From: Thermomonas sp.
Lineage (GTDB): Bacteria > Pseudomonadota > Gammaproteobacteria > Xanthomonadales > Xanthomonadaceae
Reading direction: 5' to 3'
NCBI RefSeq assembly: GCF_035369645.1
Contig: NZ_DAOOUM010000001.1
Location: forward strand, 21,491-85,490
Length of the DNA stretch: 64,000 nt
Shown here piece after piece: positions 40,599 through 50,466 of this stretch. The notes under the pieces are model-generated. The model was not told where the DNA came from, searched no databases, and was given only the letters and a program-made list of their open reading frames with translations. Within the stretch, counting starts at the first letter, position 1. Each line of letters begins with the position of its first letter. The translations under genes were made by a program, and so were the position numbers.

Positions 40599-41756
40599 TT
40601 AGCGACCGGCCAATGCATCGACGATATTCAAGCGCATCCCGCGCAGCGCCGGCAGCAGGCCGACCACCGCACCGATCGCCAGCATCAACAGCAACCCTAA
40701 ACCCCAGGTTTGCGGCAGCATGCCCGGCAGCTGGATCAAACCACCACTGGCGGCGCTAACCACCGGCACCAGCACCGAGGCAATCACCAGCCCAATCACG
40801 CCACCCAACACCACCAGTAGCACCGATTCGCCCAATACCAGCCACAGCACGCTGCGGTTGGAAAAGCCAATGGTTTTGAGCACCGCCAATTCGGGGATGC
40901 GCTCGCGCACCGCCTGCGCCATGGTGTTGCCGGTCAACAGCAGCAGGGTGAAGAACACCGCGCCCATGATCGCGGTCACAATTAGGCCGATATCGGCAAA
41001 TTGTTTGGCGAAGGCTTGGTTGAACGCGGCCTCACTTTGGGTCTTGGTTTCGTGATCGGAGTTTTCGCTGAGCTTGTCGATGGCGTGGGCAATCTTGTCG
41101 GCCGATGCGCTCTTGTCCGGCTGCACGATGAACCAGCCCACGCGGCCTTTCACATAGTCGTTGGCTTCATTGAAATACTTCCAATGAAAAAACAGCACGC
41201 GCTCTTGCGCTTTCTGTTTGGGGTCATCGACGCTGTAGATGCCGCGCAAGGTGAACTGCCAATCGTTGCTGCCCTTGGTCGGAAAGATGGTGGCTTGCAG
41301 CGGAATGGTGTCGCCCACCTTCCAGCCAAATTGCTTGGCCAGTGATGCGCCGACGATCGCGCCACGTTGATCCTCCAACCATGCCTTTTTTTGCGATGCC
41401 GGCAGCTTGAATTCCGGATACAGATCCAGATAGTCGGGGCTGACACTGAAGTTGGCGAAAAAGTTTTTGGGGTCGCGGTAGATGCCGCCAAACCATGCTG
41501 CGAAGGCAGCTTTTTTCACCCCCGGCACCGCGCGGATTTGTTCGGTCAGGCTGTACGGCAGCATCTGCGTGATCGACAGTCGCGACATCGTGACCATGCG
41601 GTTGGCACCGGCCACATCACCGCCAGAATTGAACGCCACCCGCACCGAGTCCAGCATCCCAAACAACAAGAATGCAGCGGTGACCGACAGCAAGGTCAGC
41701 AAGGTGCGGGTTTTGCTGCGAAACAGCGCCGCCCAGATCAGATGAAAATATTTCAT
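40599..41756 (-). CDS. MacB/FtsX-like ABC permease
   Basis: RSKTRTLLTLLS, RERIPELAVLKTIGFS, ESVLL. Confidence 0.88.
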   Translation of the reverse strand: MKYFHLIWAALFRSKTRTLLTLLSVTAAFLLFGMLDSVRVAFNSGGDVAGANRMVTMSRLSITQMLPYSLTEQIRAVPGVKKAAFAAWFGGIYRDPKNFFANFSVSPDYLDLYPEFKLPASQKKAWLEDQRGAIVGASLAKQFGWKVGDTIPLQATIFPTKGSNDWQFTLRGIYSVDDPKQKAQERVLFFHWKYFNEANDYVKGRVGWFIVQPDKSASADKIAHAIDKLSENSDHETKTQSEAAFNQAFAKQFADIGLIVTAIMGAVFFTLLLLTGNTMAQAVRERIPELAVLKTIGFSNRSVLWLVLGESVLLVVLGGVIGLVIASVLVPVVSAASGGLIQLPGMLPQTWGLGLLLMLAIGAVVGLLPALRGMRLNIVDALAGR

Positions 41757-41805
41757 GGAACCTCCAGCTTTTCCTTCTCCACTCGGAAGAAGGGCTTACG
41801 CGGCG

Positions 41806-42498
41806 TTACGCCGCACGCACGACGTGTTCCACCAACACACCCTTGTCCAAATGCAAGGTGTGGCTGGCGTATTCGGCGGCCTTGGGGTCATGGGTGACCA
41901 TGACGATGGTTTTGCCGTGTTCGCGGTTGAGCGTTTGCAGCAGGCCCAAAATTTCTTCCGCCGATTGCCGGTCCAAGTCGCCTGTAGGCTCATCGCAAAT
42001 CAATAGCGTGGGGTCCGACACAATCGCACGGGCAATCGCCACACGTTGTTGTTGGCCGCCGGACAATTCATTGGGGCGGTGCTTGCCGCGATCACCCAAG
42101 CCCACCAACTGCAAGGCGATGGCGGCATTTTGTTTGCGCTGCGCGGCCGACAAGTTGGTCAGCAACAACGGCAGTTCCACATTCTTTTGCGCGGTCAGCG
42201 TGGGCATCAAGTTGTAGAACTGAAACACAAAGCCCACATGGTTGCTGCGCCAATGCGATAGCTGCCCGGACTTCATGGTGTCGATGCGTGCGCCGGCGAT
42301 GTCGATCTCGCCGGAACTGGGCGAATCCAGACCGCCGATCAAATTGAGCAAGGTGGTTTTGCCCGAACCCGACGGCCCCATCAATGCGGCGAAGTCGCCC
42401 TCGGCAATGTCAAGGTCGATGCCACGCAGCACGTCCACCTTCTCGGGGCCGCGCTGGTAGGTCTTGTGCAAGTTGCGAATACTGACGAGGGTGGACAT
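41806..42498 (-). CDS. ABC ATP-binding protein (LolD/MacB-like)
   Basis: GPSGSGKTT, LSGGQQQRVAIARA, CDEPTGDLD, VTHD. Confidence 0.93.
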   Translation of the reverse strand: MSTLVSIRNLHKTYQRGPEKVDVLRGIDLDIAEGDFAALMGPSGSGKTTLLNLIGGLDSPSSGEIDIAGARIDTMKSGQLSHWRSNHVGFVFQFYNLMPTLTAQKNVELPLLLTNLSAAQRKQNAAIALQLVGLGDRGKHRPNELSGGQQQRVAIARAIVSDPTLLICDEPTGDLDRQSAEEILGLLQTLNREHGKTIVMVTHDPKAAEYASHTLHLDKGVLVEHVVRAA

Positions 42499-42567
42499 GT
42501 TGGCTCCTGGGGTGTCTGTTCGTGCTTGCCGCCTTCGCGGGGATGACGGTACGTGTTCAGTGTTGCC

Positions 42568-43830
42568 TTAGTCGTTGTTCGTGCCGGAAGACGCTTCCTC
42601 ACGCACCATCTTCACGCGCGCGCCATCGGTCAGTTGTTCGGGCACATCGGTCACCACCACATCACCACCGGCAAGGCCGCTGAGCACTTCACGGTCATCG
42701 CCCAGACTGCGACCCAACTGCACCGCGCGCTGGCTGACCTTGTCGCCAACCAGCACAAACACCACGTCCTTGTCATTGCGCGACGCAATCGCGGAGGTCG
42801 GCACCAGCACGCCCGCAGCCACCTTGGTTTGCGCAGGGGGTGTGGCGTCTAAAAAGCCCACGCGTGCACCCATTTCCGGCACGATGCGGGCATCACCTTT
42901 GGCATCCAGCGCCACCCGCACTTTCACCGTGGCCTTGCCACGATCGGCGGCCGGGATAATCGCGATCACATGGCCGGGGATCTTCCAGTCTTGATACGCA
43001 TTGAGCTGAGTTTCGGTGCGCATCCCGGCTTTGACCCGGCCGATGAACGACTCACCCACTTCGACTTCTGCTTCCAGCGAGTTCATGTCCACAATCGTGC
43101 CGATGCCGGTGCGGGTAAAGCCGCCGCCAGCCGATAACGGCGACACGATTTCACCGGCCTGCGCTGCCTTCGCAATCACCACGCCGGCAAACGGCGCACG
43201 CACGATGGTGTTGTCCACGCCGTTGTCGGCAATCTGCAACGCATCGCGTGCCACTTGCGCGTTGCGCTGCGCCGACGTCAGCTGCGCGCGCAGGCTATCG
43301 CGGGTGGCCACGGCTTGGTCGTACTGCGCACGCGATACCAGTTTTTGCGTCACCAAGGTGGTCAAGCGCGCGGTGTTGGCTTCGGCTTCTTTCAACTGCG
43401 CTTGCGCACCACTGATCTGGCTTTGCGCAGCCGCCAGTTGCGCGGCGGACAATGTGCGTTGTGCCGCGGCATCCACCGGATCCAAGTGCGCCAGTATCTG
43501 GCCGGCTTCAACCCGTTGGCCTTCTTCGATCAATACATCGCGCACCTTGCCGGTGACCTTGGACGACACCGTCGCCATACGTCTTGCCACCACATAGCCG
43601 GTGGCATCCAACACCGAGGCCGTATGATTGCTGCCGCCGCCAATCGCAGTGGCCTCGGCGGTGTGGACGGCGATGCCAGCGTTGCGACCAAGCGCAAACC
43701 ACGCGCCGCCGCCCAACAGCGCCACACCCGCTACCGCCAGCCCAATCCACAGCGGCGTGCGTGAGGGCGGTGGTGGCGCGGCATTGCGATTGATCTTCAG
43801 CGAGTTGAGAAGGTCAGCGTTGCTGGTCAT
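42568..43830 (-). CDS. Periplasmic adaptor / membrane fusion protein (MacA-like)
   Basis: N-terminal TM, ATVSSKVTGKV, EGQRVEAGQILA, hairpin coiled coil, IRAPFAGVV-like motif. Confidence 0.9.
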   Translation of the reverse strand: MTSNADLLNSLKINRNAAPPPPSRTPLWIGLAVAGVALLGGGAWFALGRNAGIAVHTAEATAIGGGSNHTASVLDATGYVVARRMATVSSKVTGKVRDVLIEEGQRVEAGQILAHLDPVDAAAQRTLSAAQLAAAQSQISGAQAQLKEAEANTARLTTLVTQKLVSRAQYDQAVATRDSLRAQLTSAQRNAQVARDALQIADNGVDNTIVRAPFAGVVIAKAAQAGEIVSPLSAGGGFTRTGIGTIVDMNSLEAEVEVGESFIGRVKAGMRTETQLNAYQDWKIPGHVIAIIPAADRGKATVKVRVALDAKGDARIVPEMGARVGFLDATPPAQTKVAAGVLVPTSAIASRNDKDVVFVLVGDKVSQRAVQLGRSLGDDREVLSGLAGGDVVVTDVPEQLTDGARVKMVREEASSGTNND

Positions 43831-43924
43831 CGGCAGGCTTATCGTGGGGGGATGATGCAGATTGTGCACGCATCCATGCGGCGGAATGGCGGCCAGAGTA
43901 GGGGCAAGCGCTGCCACTGTCCGC

Positions 43925-43936
43925 TGACAACTGTCA
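43925..43936. promoter_or_regulatory. Palindromic operator candidate TGACA-N2-TGTCA
   Basis: TGACAACTGTCA in the divergent intergenic region; another TGACA half-site at 43974-43978. Confidence 0.45.
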
Positions 43937-44018
43937 TGTGATTGCCGTGACGGCGGGGAATATCACCACCGGGTGACAATCGCGAAGATGGCCGCCATTC
44001 CCCGAGGAGAGCCGCACG

Positions 44019-44942
44019 ATGATGGTGTTGGATACAGTGCTGGCGCGTTTGCGTGGTGTCCGCAAGACCTATGGCACGTTGCGCGCACTGGATGGTATTG
44101 ATCTGGCATTGCGCAGCGGCGAAGTGTTGGCGTTGCTGGGCCCCAATGGCGCCGGCAAGACCACCGCGATCAGCCTGCTGTTGGGCTTGGCACGCGCTGA
44201 TGCCGGCACGGTGGAATTGTTTGGCCGCGACCCACAGGACATCGCCGCGCGCCGGCAGATCGGGGTGATGTTGCAGGATGCGCAACTACCGCCAACGCTA
44301 CGTGTAGGCGAGTTGCTACGGCTCACCGCCAGTTACTATCCCAACCCGCGCAGCGTGACTGAGAGCGCCGAGCTAGCCGGTGTCGCCGATTTGTTGATGC
44401 GCCCCTACGGCAAGTTGTCGGGTGGCCAGCAGCGGCGCGTGCAATTTGCATTGGCCTTGTGCGGGCGGCCGGCCTTGTTGTTCCTCGACGAGCCCACCGT
44501 GGGCATGGATATCGAGGCACGCCAAAAACTGTGGGCCGCGATTCGGCATTTGATTGCCGAAGGCAATGCGGTGGTGTTGACCACGCACTATCTGGAAGAA
44601 GCCGAAGCCTTGGCCGACCGCGTTTGCGTGATGGCGAAAGGCCGGGTGATCAGCGAGGGCAGCGTGGATGCACTGCGCGCGCGCATTGCATTGAAGCGCG
44701 TGTGGTGTTCGACCCAGCTATCGCTGGCGGAACTCGCCACCTGGCCGGACGTGGCCGAGGCGCGCAGCGATGGCGACCGCGTGTGCCTATCCACCGAACA
44801 CGTCGAAGCCTTGGTGCGCCGGCTGCTTGCCGAAGACATGACCTTGTCCTCCTTGGAAGTGCGCGCCGCCGGCTTGGCCGAAGCCTTCACCGAACTCACC
44901 CGCGAGCCATCGCCTTCACCTGCATTGGCGGAGGCCGCCTGA
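44019..44942 (+). CDS. ABC-2 type exporter ATP-binding protein
   Basis: GPNGAGKTT, LSGGQQRRV, LDEPTVGMD, TTHYLEEAE. Confidence 0.93.
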   Translation: MMVLDTVLARLRGVRKTYGTLRALDGIDLALRSGEVLALLGPNGAGKTTAISLLLGLARADAGTVELFGRDPQDIAARRQIGVMLQDAQLPPTLRVGELLRLTASYYPNPRSVTESAELAGVADLLMRPYGKLSGGQQRRVQFALALCGRPALLFLDEPTVGMDIEARQKLWAAIRHLIAEGNAVVLTTHYLEEAEALADRVCVMAKGRVISEGSVDALRARIALKRVWCSTQLSLAELATWPDVAEARSDGDRVCLSTEHVEALVRRLLAEDMTLSSLEVRAAGLAEAFTELTREPSPSPALAEAA

Positions 44943-45706
44943 TGAATACCGACACCTTGGTCATGCCGCGCGGTCGCGTGTTTGGCGCGTATGTGGAAGA
45001 AGCGCGCAGCGAAATTCTGCGCTACCTGCGCAACCCCGGCTTTCTGTTGCCAATCATCCTGTTCCCCAATGTGTTCTACGTGATGTTTGGCGTCCTACTC
45101 AATCACAGCAACGACGAAGCGGCACGCTACATGCTGGCCAGCTACAGCAGCTTCGGGGTGATGGCGCCGGGTTTATTTGGGTTTGGGGTGTCGCTGGCAT
45201 TGGAGCGCGACAGTGGCCTGTTGACCTTGAAGCGCGCCCTGCCAATGCCGCCGGGTGCGTACTTGTTGGGCAAGATGCTGATGGCGGTGTGCGTGGCAAC
45301 GGTGGTGGGCGCGTTGTTGCTGGTGCTGGCCTTGGGTGTGGCGCATGCACCCCTGGGGGCAGCGCAGGTGTTGCAATTGCTGTGCGTGGATGCCCTGGGC
45401 GTGTTGCCGTTTTGCGCGCTGGGGTTGCTGGTGGGCACGTTGTTGAAAGGCCAAGGCGCGCCCGGCCTGCTCAACATGATTTATCTGCCGATGGCGTTTT
45501 TATCGGGGTTGTGGTTCCCCTTGCAGATGATGCCAAAGCTGCTGCAACAACTGGCACCAATCTGGCCCAGCTATCACCTCAACGTGCTTGCGCAACACGC
45601 AGTAGGCTTCAACGTCGGCGCAATCTGGCCGCATGTGCTGGTGCTGCTCGGCTTCACGATCGGATTCCTACTGCTGGCCGCACGCCGCCTGCGCCGCTAC
45701 GGTTGA
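44942..45706 (+). CDS. ABC-2 type permease
   Basis: ATG overlaps the ATPase stop; 6 TM segments, ERDSGLL..KRALP, FLSGLWFP, PSYHL. Confidence 0.88.
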   Translation: MNTDTLVMPRGRVFGAYVEEARSEILRYLRNPGFLLPIILFPNVFYVMFGVLLNHSNDEAARYMLASYSSFGVMAPGLFGFGVSLALERDSGLLTLKRALPMPPGAYLLGKMLMAVCVATVVGALLLVLALGVAHAPLGAAQVLQLLCVDALGVLPFCALGLLVGTLLKGQGAPGLLNMIYLPMAFLSGLWFPLQMMPKLLQQLAPIWPSYHLNVLAQHAVGFNVGAIWPHVLVLLGFTIGFLLLAARRLRRYG

Positions 45707-45728
45707 GCGAATGACTTAGGATGCACGG

Positions 45729-46940
45729 ATGACACTGCCTGCATGGTTGCGACGCCACTTCACCCCGGCACCGGATTCGACAGTTGCCGCAGAAATTCGT
45801 CGTGGCAAATCGCCATGGACCGACGGTGTGCATCTGCTGTGGTCGCTGTGGGTGTTCTTGACCCCATTGATGGGCGATGGCCACTACACCGTGTTGTGGC
45901 TCTGCCTGACGCTGCTGTCGTATCCCCTCTTTCTGTGGCTGTATGCAAAGGCCTTGCTGGCACCGCGCAAAATTGCCTGGCGCTATGCCATCGGCATGGC
46001 GCTGTTGAGTTTACTGTTGCTACGCTGGTATCCCTCGGGACTTAGTTATTTCGTGTTTGGTTGCGTGATGTTGCGGATCTCAGCGCAGCGGCTTGCGCTG
46101 GGTAAATACATCCTGCAATTGCTGGCGATGAATCTGGTGTACGTGGGTGTGGCAACGTGGCTGGGTTATCCCAGAGAGTTGTGGCTGTGGGTGCCGGCAA
46201 TGACCTTGGTGATTGGCATCATCGTCAATGTTGAACATATCAGCCAAGAAAAAGACGCGGCCTTGGCGTTGTCACAGGAAGAGGTTCGCAAATTGGCCGC
46301 CACCGCGGAGCGCGAGCGCATTGGCCGTGACCTGCATGATTTGCTGGGGCATACCTTGTCACTGATTACTCTGAAGCTGGAGCTCTCGCGCAAATTGTTT
46401 GAACGCGATCCGGCCACATCCAAACGCGAGCTGGAAGAAGCCGAACAAGTCGTGCGCGATGCGCTGGCACAAGTGCGTAGTGCGGTGACGGGGATTCGTG
46501 CGACGGACTTGGCTGCCGAGTTGGCATCGGCAAAGTTGCTGTTGGAGTCGGCGCAGGTGCAACTGGATTACGGTGCCTCGCCACCGGGATTGCCGCCCGA
46601 AGTTGAGCGTGGGTTGGCGCTGGTACTGCGTGAAGCGGTGACCAATATTTGCCGCCACGCACAGGCCGCGCAGGCGCAGGTGGAGTTCAAACGCGAGGAC
46701 AAGGCGGTGCAGTTATGCATCAGCGATAACGGCCGTGGTGGCGTGGCCGCCGATGGCAATGGCCTGTCCGGCATGCGTGACCGCGTGCGCGCGCTGGGCG
46801 GCAGCCTGAGCGTGGAATCGCCACGCAACGGCGGTACCCGGCTACTGGTACGGGTGCCATTGGTGTGGCGTGAGCCGCTGTTGCCGTTGCGCACCGTGGC
46901 CACGCCGGTGCTTGCAGCATCGACACAGGGGCAAGGATGA
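45729..46940 (+). CDS. DesK-like sensor histidine kinase (HisKA_3)
   Basis: About 5 TM segments, ERERIGRDLHDLLGHTLS H-box, REAVTNICRHA, ISDNGRG, GNGLSGM. Confidence 0.92.
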   Translation: MTLPAWLRRHFTPAPDSTVAAEIRRGKSPWTDGVHLLWSLWVFLTPLMGDGHYTVLWLCLTLLSYPLFLWLYAKALLAPRKIAWRYAIGMALLSLLLLRWYPSGLSYFVFGCVMLRISAQRLALGKYILQLLAMNLVYVGVATWLGYPRELWLWVPAMTLVIGIIVNVEHISQEKDAALALSQEEVRKLAATAERERIGRDLHDLLGHTLSLITLKLELSRKLFERDPATSKRELEEAEQVVRDALAQVRSAVTGIRATDLAAELASAKLLLESAQVQLDYGASPPGLPPEVERGLALVLREAVTNICRHAQAAQAQVEFKREDKAVQLCISDNGRGGVAADGNGLSGMRDRVRALGGSLSVESPRNGGTRLLVRVPLVWREPLLPLRTVATPVLAASTQGQG

Positions 46941-47539
46941 TTCGTATTTTGCTGGCCGAAGACCAAGCCCTACTGCGCGGTGCGCTGGCGGCGTTGTTGG
47001 CGCTGGAATCGGATATCGACGTCGTTGGCAGTGCTGCCGACGGCGAGGCGGCGTGGCGTGAATTGCAACGCCTCAAACCCGATGTGCTGGTGACCGATAT
47101 CGAAATGCCCGGCCTGACCGGGTTGGAATTAGCACAGCGCATCGCCCGCCACGAACTGCCCATCAAGGTGGTGATTGTCACCACCTTCGCCCGCGCCGGA
47201 TTTTTGCGCCGTGCATTGGATGCCGGTGTGCGCGGTTATTTGCTGAAAGATGCGCCGGCCGAACAACTGGCCGAGGCGATCCGCAATGTGCAACGCGGTG
47301 GCCGCGCCATCGACCCGCAATTGGCCATCGATGCCTGGGGCGAAGCCGACCCCTTGAGCGATCGCGAACGCCAAGCGCTGCGGTTGGCCGGTGAAGGCTT
47401 GTCGGCTGGCGAAATCGCACAACAACTCAACCTGTCACACGGCACCGTGCGCAATTACCTGTCCGAGGCGATCGGCAAATTGGGTGTGGGCAACCGCATC
47501 GAAGCCTATCGCTTGGCGCGGCAGAAAGGTTGGTTGTGA
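46937..47539 (+). CDS. DesR-like NarL/LuxR response regulator
   Basis: ILLAEDQ, VLVTDIEMP, LSDRERQAL...LSHGTVRNYLS HTH. Confidence 0.93.
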   Translation: MIRILLAEDQALLRGALAALLALESDIDVVGSAADGEAAWRELQRLKPDVLVTDIEMPGLTGLELAQRIARHELPIKVVIVTTFARAGFLRRALDAGVRGYLLKDAPAEQLAEAIRNVQRGGRAIDPQLAIDAWGEADPLSDRERQALRLAGEGLSAGEIAQQLNLSHGTVRNYLSEAIGKLGVGNRIEAYRLARQKGWL

Positions 47540-47545
47540 TGCAGC

Positions 47546-48919
47546 TCAAACGCAACGTGCTTGCAGCATTGCGTATGCCGCACGCAGGCCCAGTGCTTCG
47601 CCGCCAGCGGGGCGGCCGGGGCGGTCGCTATCGTTCCATGCGTACACATCCAGATGCGCCCAAGGCGTGCCATCGTTGACGAAGCGTTCCAGATACAACG
47701 CGGCGGTGACGCTGCCGGCCATGCTGGTATTGCTGGCATTGGCCAAGTCGGCAATGCCGCTGGTCAGGTAGCGCAAATAAGGCCGCCACAACGGCATCCG
47801 CCACAACGGGTCACGCACGTGCTGGCCGGCGGTCAGCCAAGCATTGGCCAGCGCGTCGTCATTGGCATACAGCGCTGGCAAATCTGGCCCCAAGGCAATC
47901 CGCGCGGCACCAGTGAGGGTGGCGAAATCCAGTAGCAGATCGGGTTGCAATTCACACGCGCGGGTCAGTGCATCGCACAACACCAGCCGACCTTCGGCAT
48001 CGGTATTGTCGATTTCCACCGTCACTCCTTTGCGGGTGGTGAGGATGTCACCGGGGCGGAATGCATTGGGGCCCACCGCGTTTTCAACGGCAGCAATCAG
48101 CAGCGTGATGCGCAGGGGCAATTGCCGCGCCATCAGCAGCTCGGCCAAGGCCAGCGCATGCGCTGCGCCGCCCATGTCTTTTTTCATGTTGCGCATGCCG
48201 GCGGCGGCTTTCAGGTCCAGCCCGCCGGTGTCAAAGCACACACCCTTGCCGCATAGCACCACATGCGGGTGACTGGGCTGCCCCCAACTGAGCTCAATCA
48301 AGCGCGGTGCGCGATGGCTGGCGCGACCAACCGCGTGGATGGTGGGGTAGTTGTGGGTGAGTAGATCCTCCCCGCTGATGACTTCGATGTGGGCGGCATG
48401 CGTGGCTGCAATTGCCCGCGCCACTGCCTCCAATTCGGCTGGGCCCATGTGTTCGGTGGGGGTGTTGACCAAATCGCGCACACGCACACAGGCGGCCAAT
48501 TGCGCGAAGCTGTCGGCATCAAACGTATCTGCGGCCAAGTGTGGCAGCGCGCGGTTGTGCTGCTTGTAGCGATCAAAGCGATAACAGCCCAAGCCCCAGC
48601 CCAATTGCAAGGCCTGGCGTGCGGTCTGTGTGTGCGTGCCGACAAGCTGCCACACACCTGCCGGCAGCGCGCGCGGCGCATGTGCGTAGGCATAAGGATC
48701 AAGGGCATCGTCGATGCCAATCACGGCACCGGCAACGTGGCCAGCGGCATCGGCCCAGGTCTGCACGCTGCCGCTGCTGCCATCAAACTGTTGTGCATCC
48801 AACCATGCTTGCACGGTGGCGGGTTGCTGCGCGCGCCATGTCGAAAATCCGGATTTGTTCACCACATGCAGCGGCAAGGCATGGGTAGTGTTCGTGGTGA
48901 AGCCGTGGGGTAAGGTCAT
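47546..48919 (-). CDS. M17 leucyl aminopeptidase (PepB-like)
   Basis: GKGVCFDTGGLDLK, MKKDMGGAA, NTDAEGRLVLCD, DFATLTGA. Confidence 0.93.
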   Translation of the reverse strand: MTLPHGFTTNTTHALPLHVVNKSGFSTWRAQQPATVQAWLDAQQFDGSSGSVQTWADAAGHVAGAVIGIDDALDPYAYAHAPRALPAGVWQLVGTHTQTARQALQLGWGLGCYRFDRYKQHNRALPHLAADTFDADSFAQLAACVRVRDLVNTPTEHMGPAELEAVARAIAATHAAHIEVISGEDLLTHNYPTIHAVGRASHRAPRLIELSWGQPSHPHVVLCGKGVCFDTGGLDLKAAAGMRNMKKDMGGAAHALALAELLMARQLPLRITLLIAAVENAVGPNAFRPGDILTTRKGVTVEIDNTDAEGRLVLCDALTRACELQPDLLLDFATLTGAARIALGPDLPALYANDDALANAWLTAGQHVRDPLWRMPLWRPYLRYLTSGIADLANASNTSMAGSVTAALYLERFVNDGTPWAHLDVYAWNDSDRPGRPAGGEALGLRAAYAMLQARCV

Positions 48920-49629
48920 ATGTGGTTCTCGAACGTAGCACCGGCGTCCAGCCAATCGGCCAATGCGGTGAGGGTGGTGATATGCAAGTCGGCTGCGGGC
49001 ACGTCATCCGGCCAAGTGTGGTCGCCGCGGTCGATCCAGCAACTGCGTAAACCCGCCTGCGCGGCACCGCGCACATCCATATGGGGATGATCGCCCACAT
49101 GCAGCACTTCGGCAGGCGCGCAGTCCAAGCGACGGCAGGCTTCGTGAAAAAACCCGGCATCGGGTTTGGCCGCGCCGTATTCCCGCGCAGCAAGTTGAAA
49201 GCGGAACAGATCGGCAATGCCAATAATCGACAAATCGGCATTGCCATTGGTCAGTGCTGCAATCGGGCGCTGCGCCGCAATGCGCTGCAAACCAGCGAGG
49301 GCATCGGGATAAAAATCCACACGATTGCGCGCGCAAAAAAATGTGTCGTAAGCCGCATGGGCCAGCTGTGGGTCACCGCCACTTTCTTGTAGGGCGCGCT
49401 CGATGCTGAGCCGGCGCAGCAGGCCCAGGTCATGGGCATGTTGCGGGAATTCGGCAAACACGCGGTCGCGCAGGGCGCGCATTTCGGCAACCGGAAACCG
49501 CGCGGCGGTGCGCGGGCTGTGTTCGATGAACCAGTCTTGCAGCGCGGTTTCGATGCGGTCACCAATCGGCGCGAACGGCCACAGGGTGTCGTCAAGGTCG
49601 AAGGTGATGGCGCGGATAGGCAAATTCAC
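48916..49629 (-). CDS. HAD-superfamily hydrolase (YigB-like)
   Basis: AITFDLDDTLWP, LTNGNAD, AKPD, HVGDHPHMDVRGA; GTG start inferred. Confidence 0.9.
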   Translation of the reverse strand: MNLPIRAITFDLDDTLWPFAPIGDRIETALQDWFIEHSPRTAARFPVAEMRALRDRVFAEFPQHAHDLGLLRRLSIERALQESGGDPQLAHAAYDTFFCARNRVDFYPDALAGLQRIAAQRPIAALTNGNADLSIIGIADLFRFQLAAREYGAAKPDAGFFHEACRRLDCAPAEVLHVGDHPHMDVRGAAQAGLRSCWIDRGDHTWPDDVPAADLHITTLTALADWLDAGATFENHI

Positions 49630-49633
49630 CGGC

Positions 49634-50002
49634 CTATTGTAGGCCGGCATCCACTTGCCCATGCGGGTGCGCTGCGTCTGGGGTTGCCGCGCTGTCTGCG
49701 TCTACGGTGGCGGGTGTCTCTGTGGCTGCGGCGGCGGCGCGCAACTGCGCTTGCGCATCGGCCAGCAGGGTGGACAGCGAGCGCAGCAAGTTCAGCACGC
49801 CACCACTGCCGGCAAATTGCAGGGGGCGTGCGCGGCCCACCAAAAATCCCACCGCCAGCCCGGCAAGCACAATGCGTCCGGGCGTCAGCTTGGCACGCCA
49901 GCATTGGTGCAGGCGTTGTGTTTGCAGCACGGCATCGCGGCGATGGGCCGCCAGGACGAGCTCGGCATGGGCGACGCGGGCGCGTTGTGCGGCAAGACTC
50001 AT
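49634..50002 (-). CDS. Hypothetical protein, YqjK-like
   Basis: Start MSLAAQRARV overlaps the upstream gene's stop; helical region then TM TPGRIVLAGLAVGFLVG; third gene of the elaB/yqjE-like trio. Confidence 0.55.
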   Translation of the reverse strand: MSLAAQRARVAHAELVLAAHRRDAVLQTQRLHQCWRAKLTPGRIVLAGLAVGFLVGRARPLQFAGSGGVLNLLRSLSTLLADAQAQLRAAAAATETPATVDADSAATPDAAHPHGQVDAGLQ

Positions 50003-50457
50003 GCGGCGTCCTTGCGTGCCAGCCACGCATCCAGCCCCAGCGTGGCCCACTGCCGACGGCTGGCGGCAAAGTTGGCGTGTTGGCTGTAGCGCCAGGCCAA
50101 CAGTGCGGCGAGCGCCGCGCCCAGCAAACTGAGCAAGGCCGCCAGCAACAGGGCCGTTAGCCACGACAGGCCGGCGGCTTGCAAGACGGCGACCAAACAC
50201 GCCATCAACAACAACCAACTGGAGCCGAGCAATACCAGCGCGATCCCGGCGCACAGCAGCACGCGCAGTGCGGCATGGCTGGCCAGATGCAGGTCGGCGG
50301 CCAGCAACGCTGAAAATGCCTTGCCCGTTGCCAGTGCGGACTGCGCCGCCACCCGGGCCTGTTGGCCCAGTGCCTGTGCGGCCTCGGCGGCTGCGGTTGC
50401 TTCTGCCGTGTCTGCCGTGTCTGCCGAGGCTGGTGTTGCTTGATCGTCGCCACGCAT
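49999..50457 (-). CDS. Phage-holin-family / YqjE-like membrane protein
   Basis: LLAADLHLA then two TM helices and F.ASRRQ; position after the ElaB-like gene. Confidence 0.65.
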   Translation of the reverse strand: MRGDDQATPASADTADTAEATAAAEAAQALGQQARVAAQSALATGKAFSALLAADLHLASHAALRVLLCAGIALVLLGSSWLLLMACLVAVLQAAGLSWLTALLLAALLSLLGAALAALLAWRYSQHANFAASRRQWATLGLDAWLARKDAA

Positions 50458-50466
50458 CGGGGCGGT

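Noticed and set aside
49999-50457. Holin-family gene as evidence of a prophage
   Set aside because: Context is the chromosomal elaB/yqjE/yqjK-like trio; no phage structural, lysin or integrase genes.
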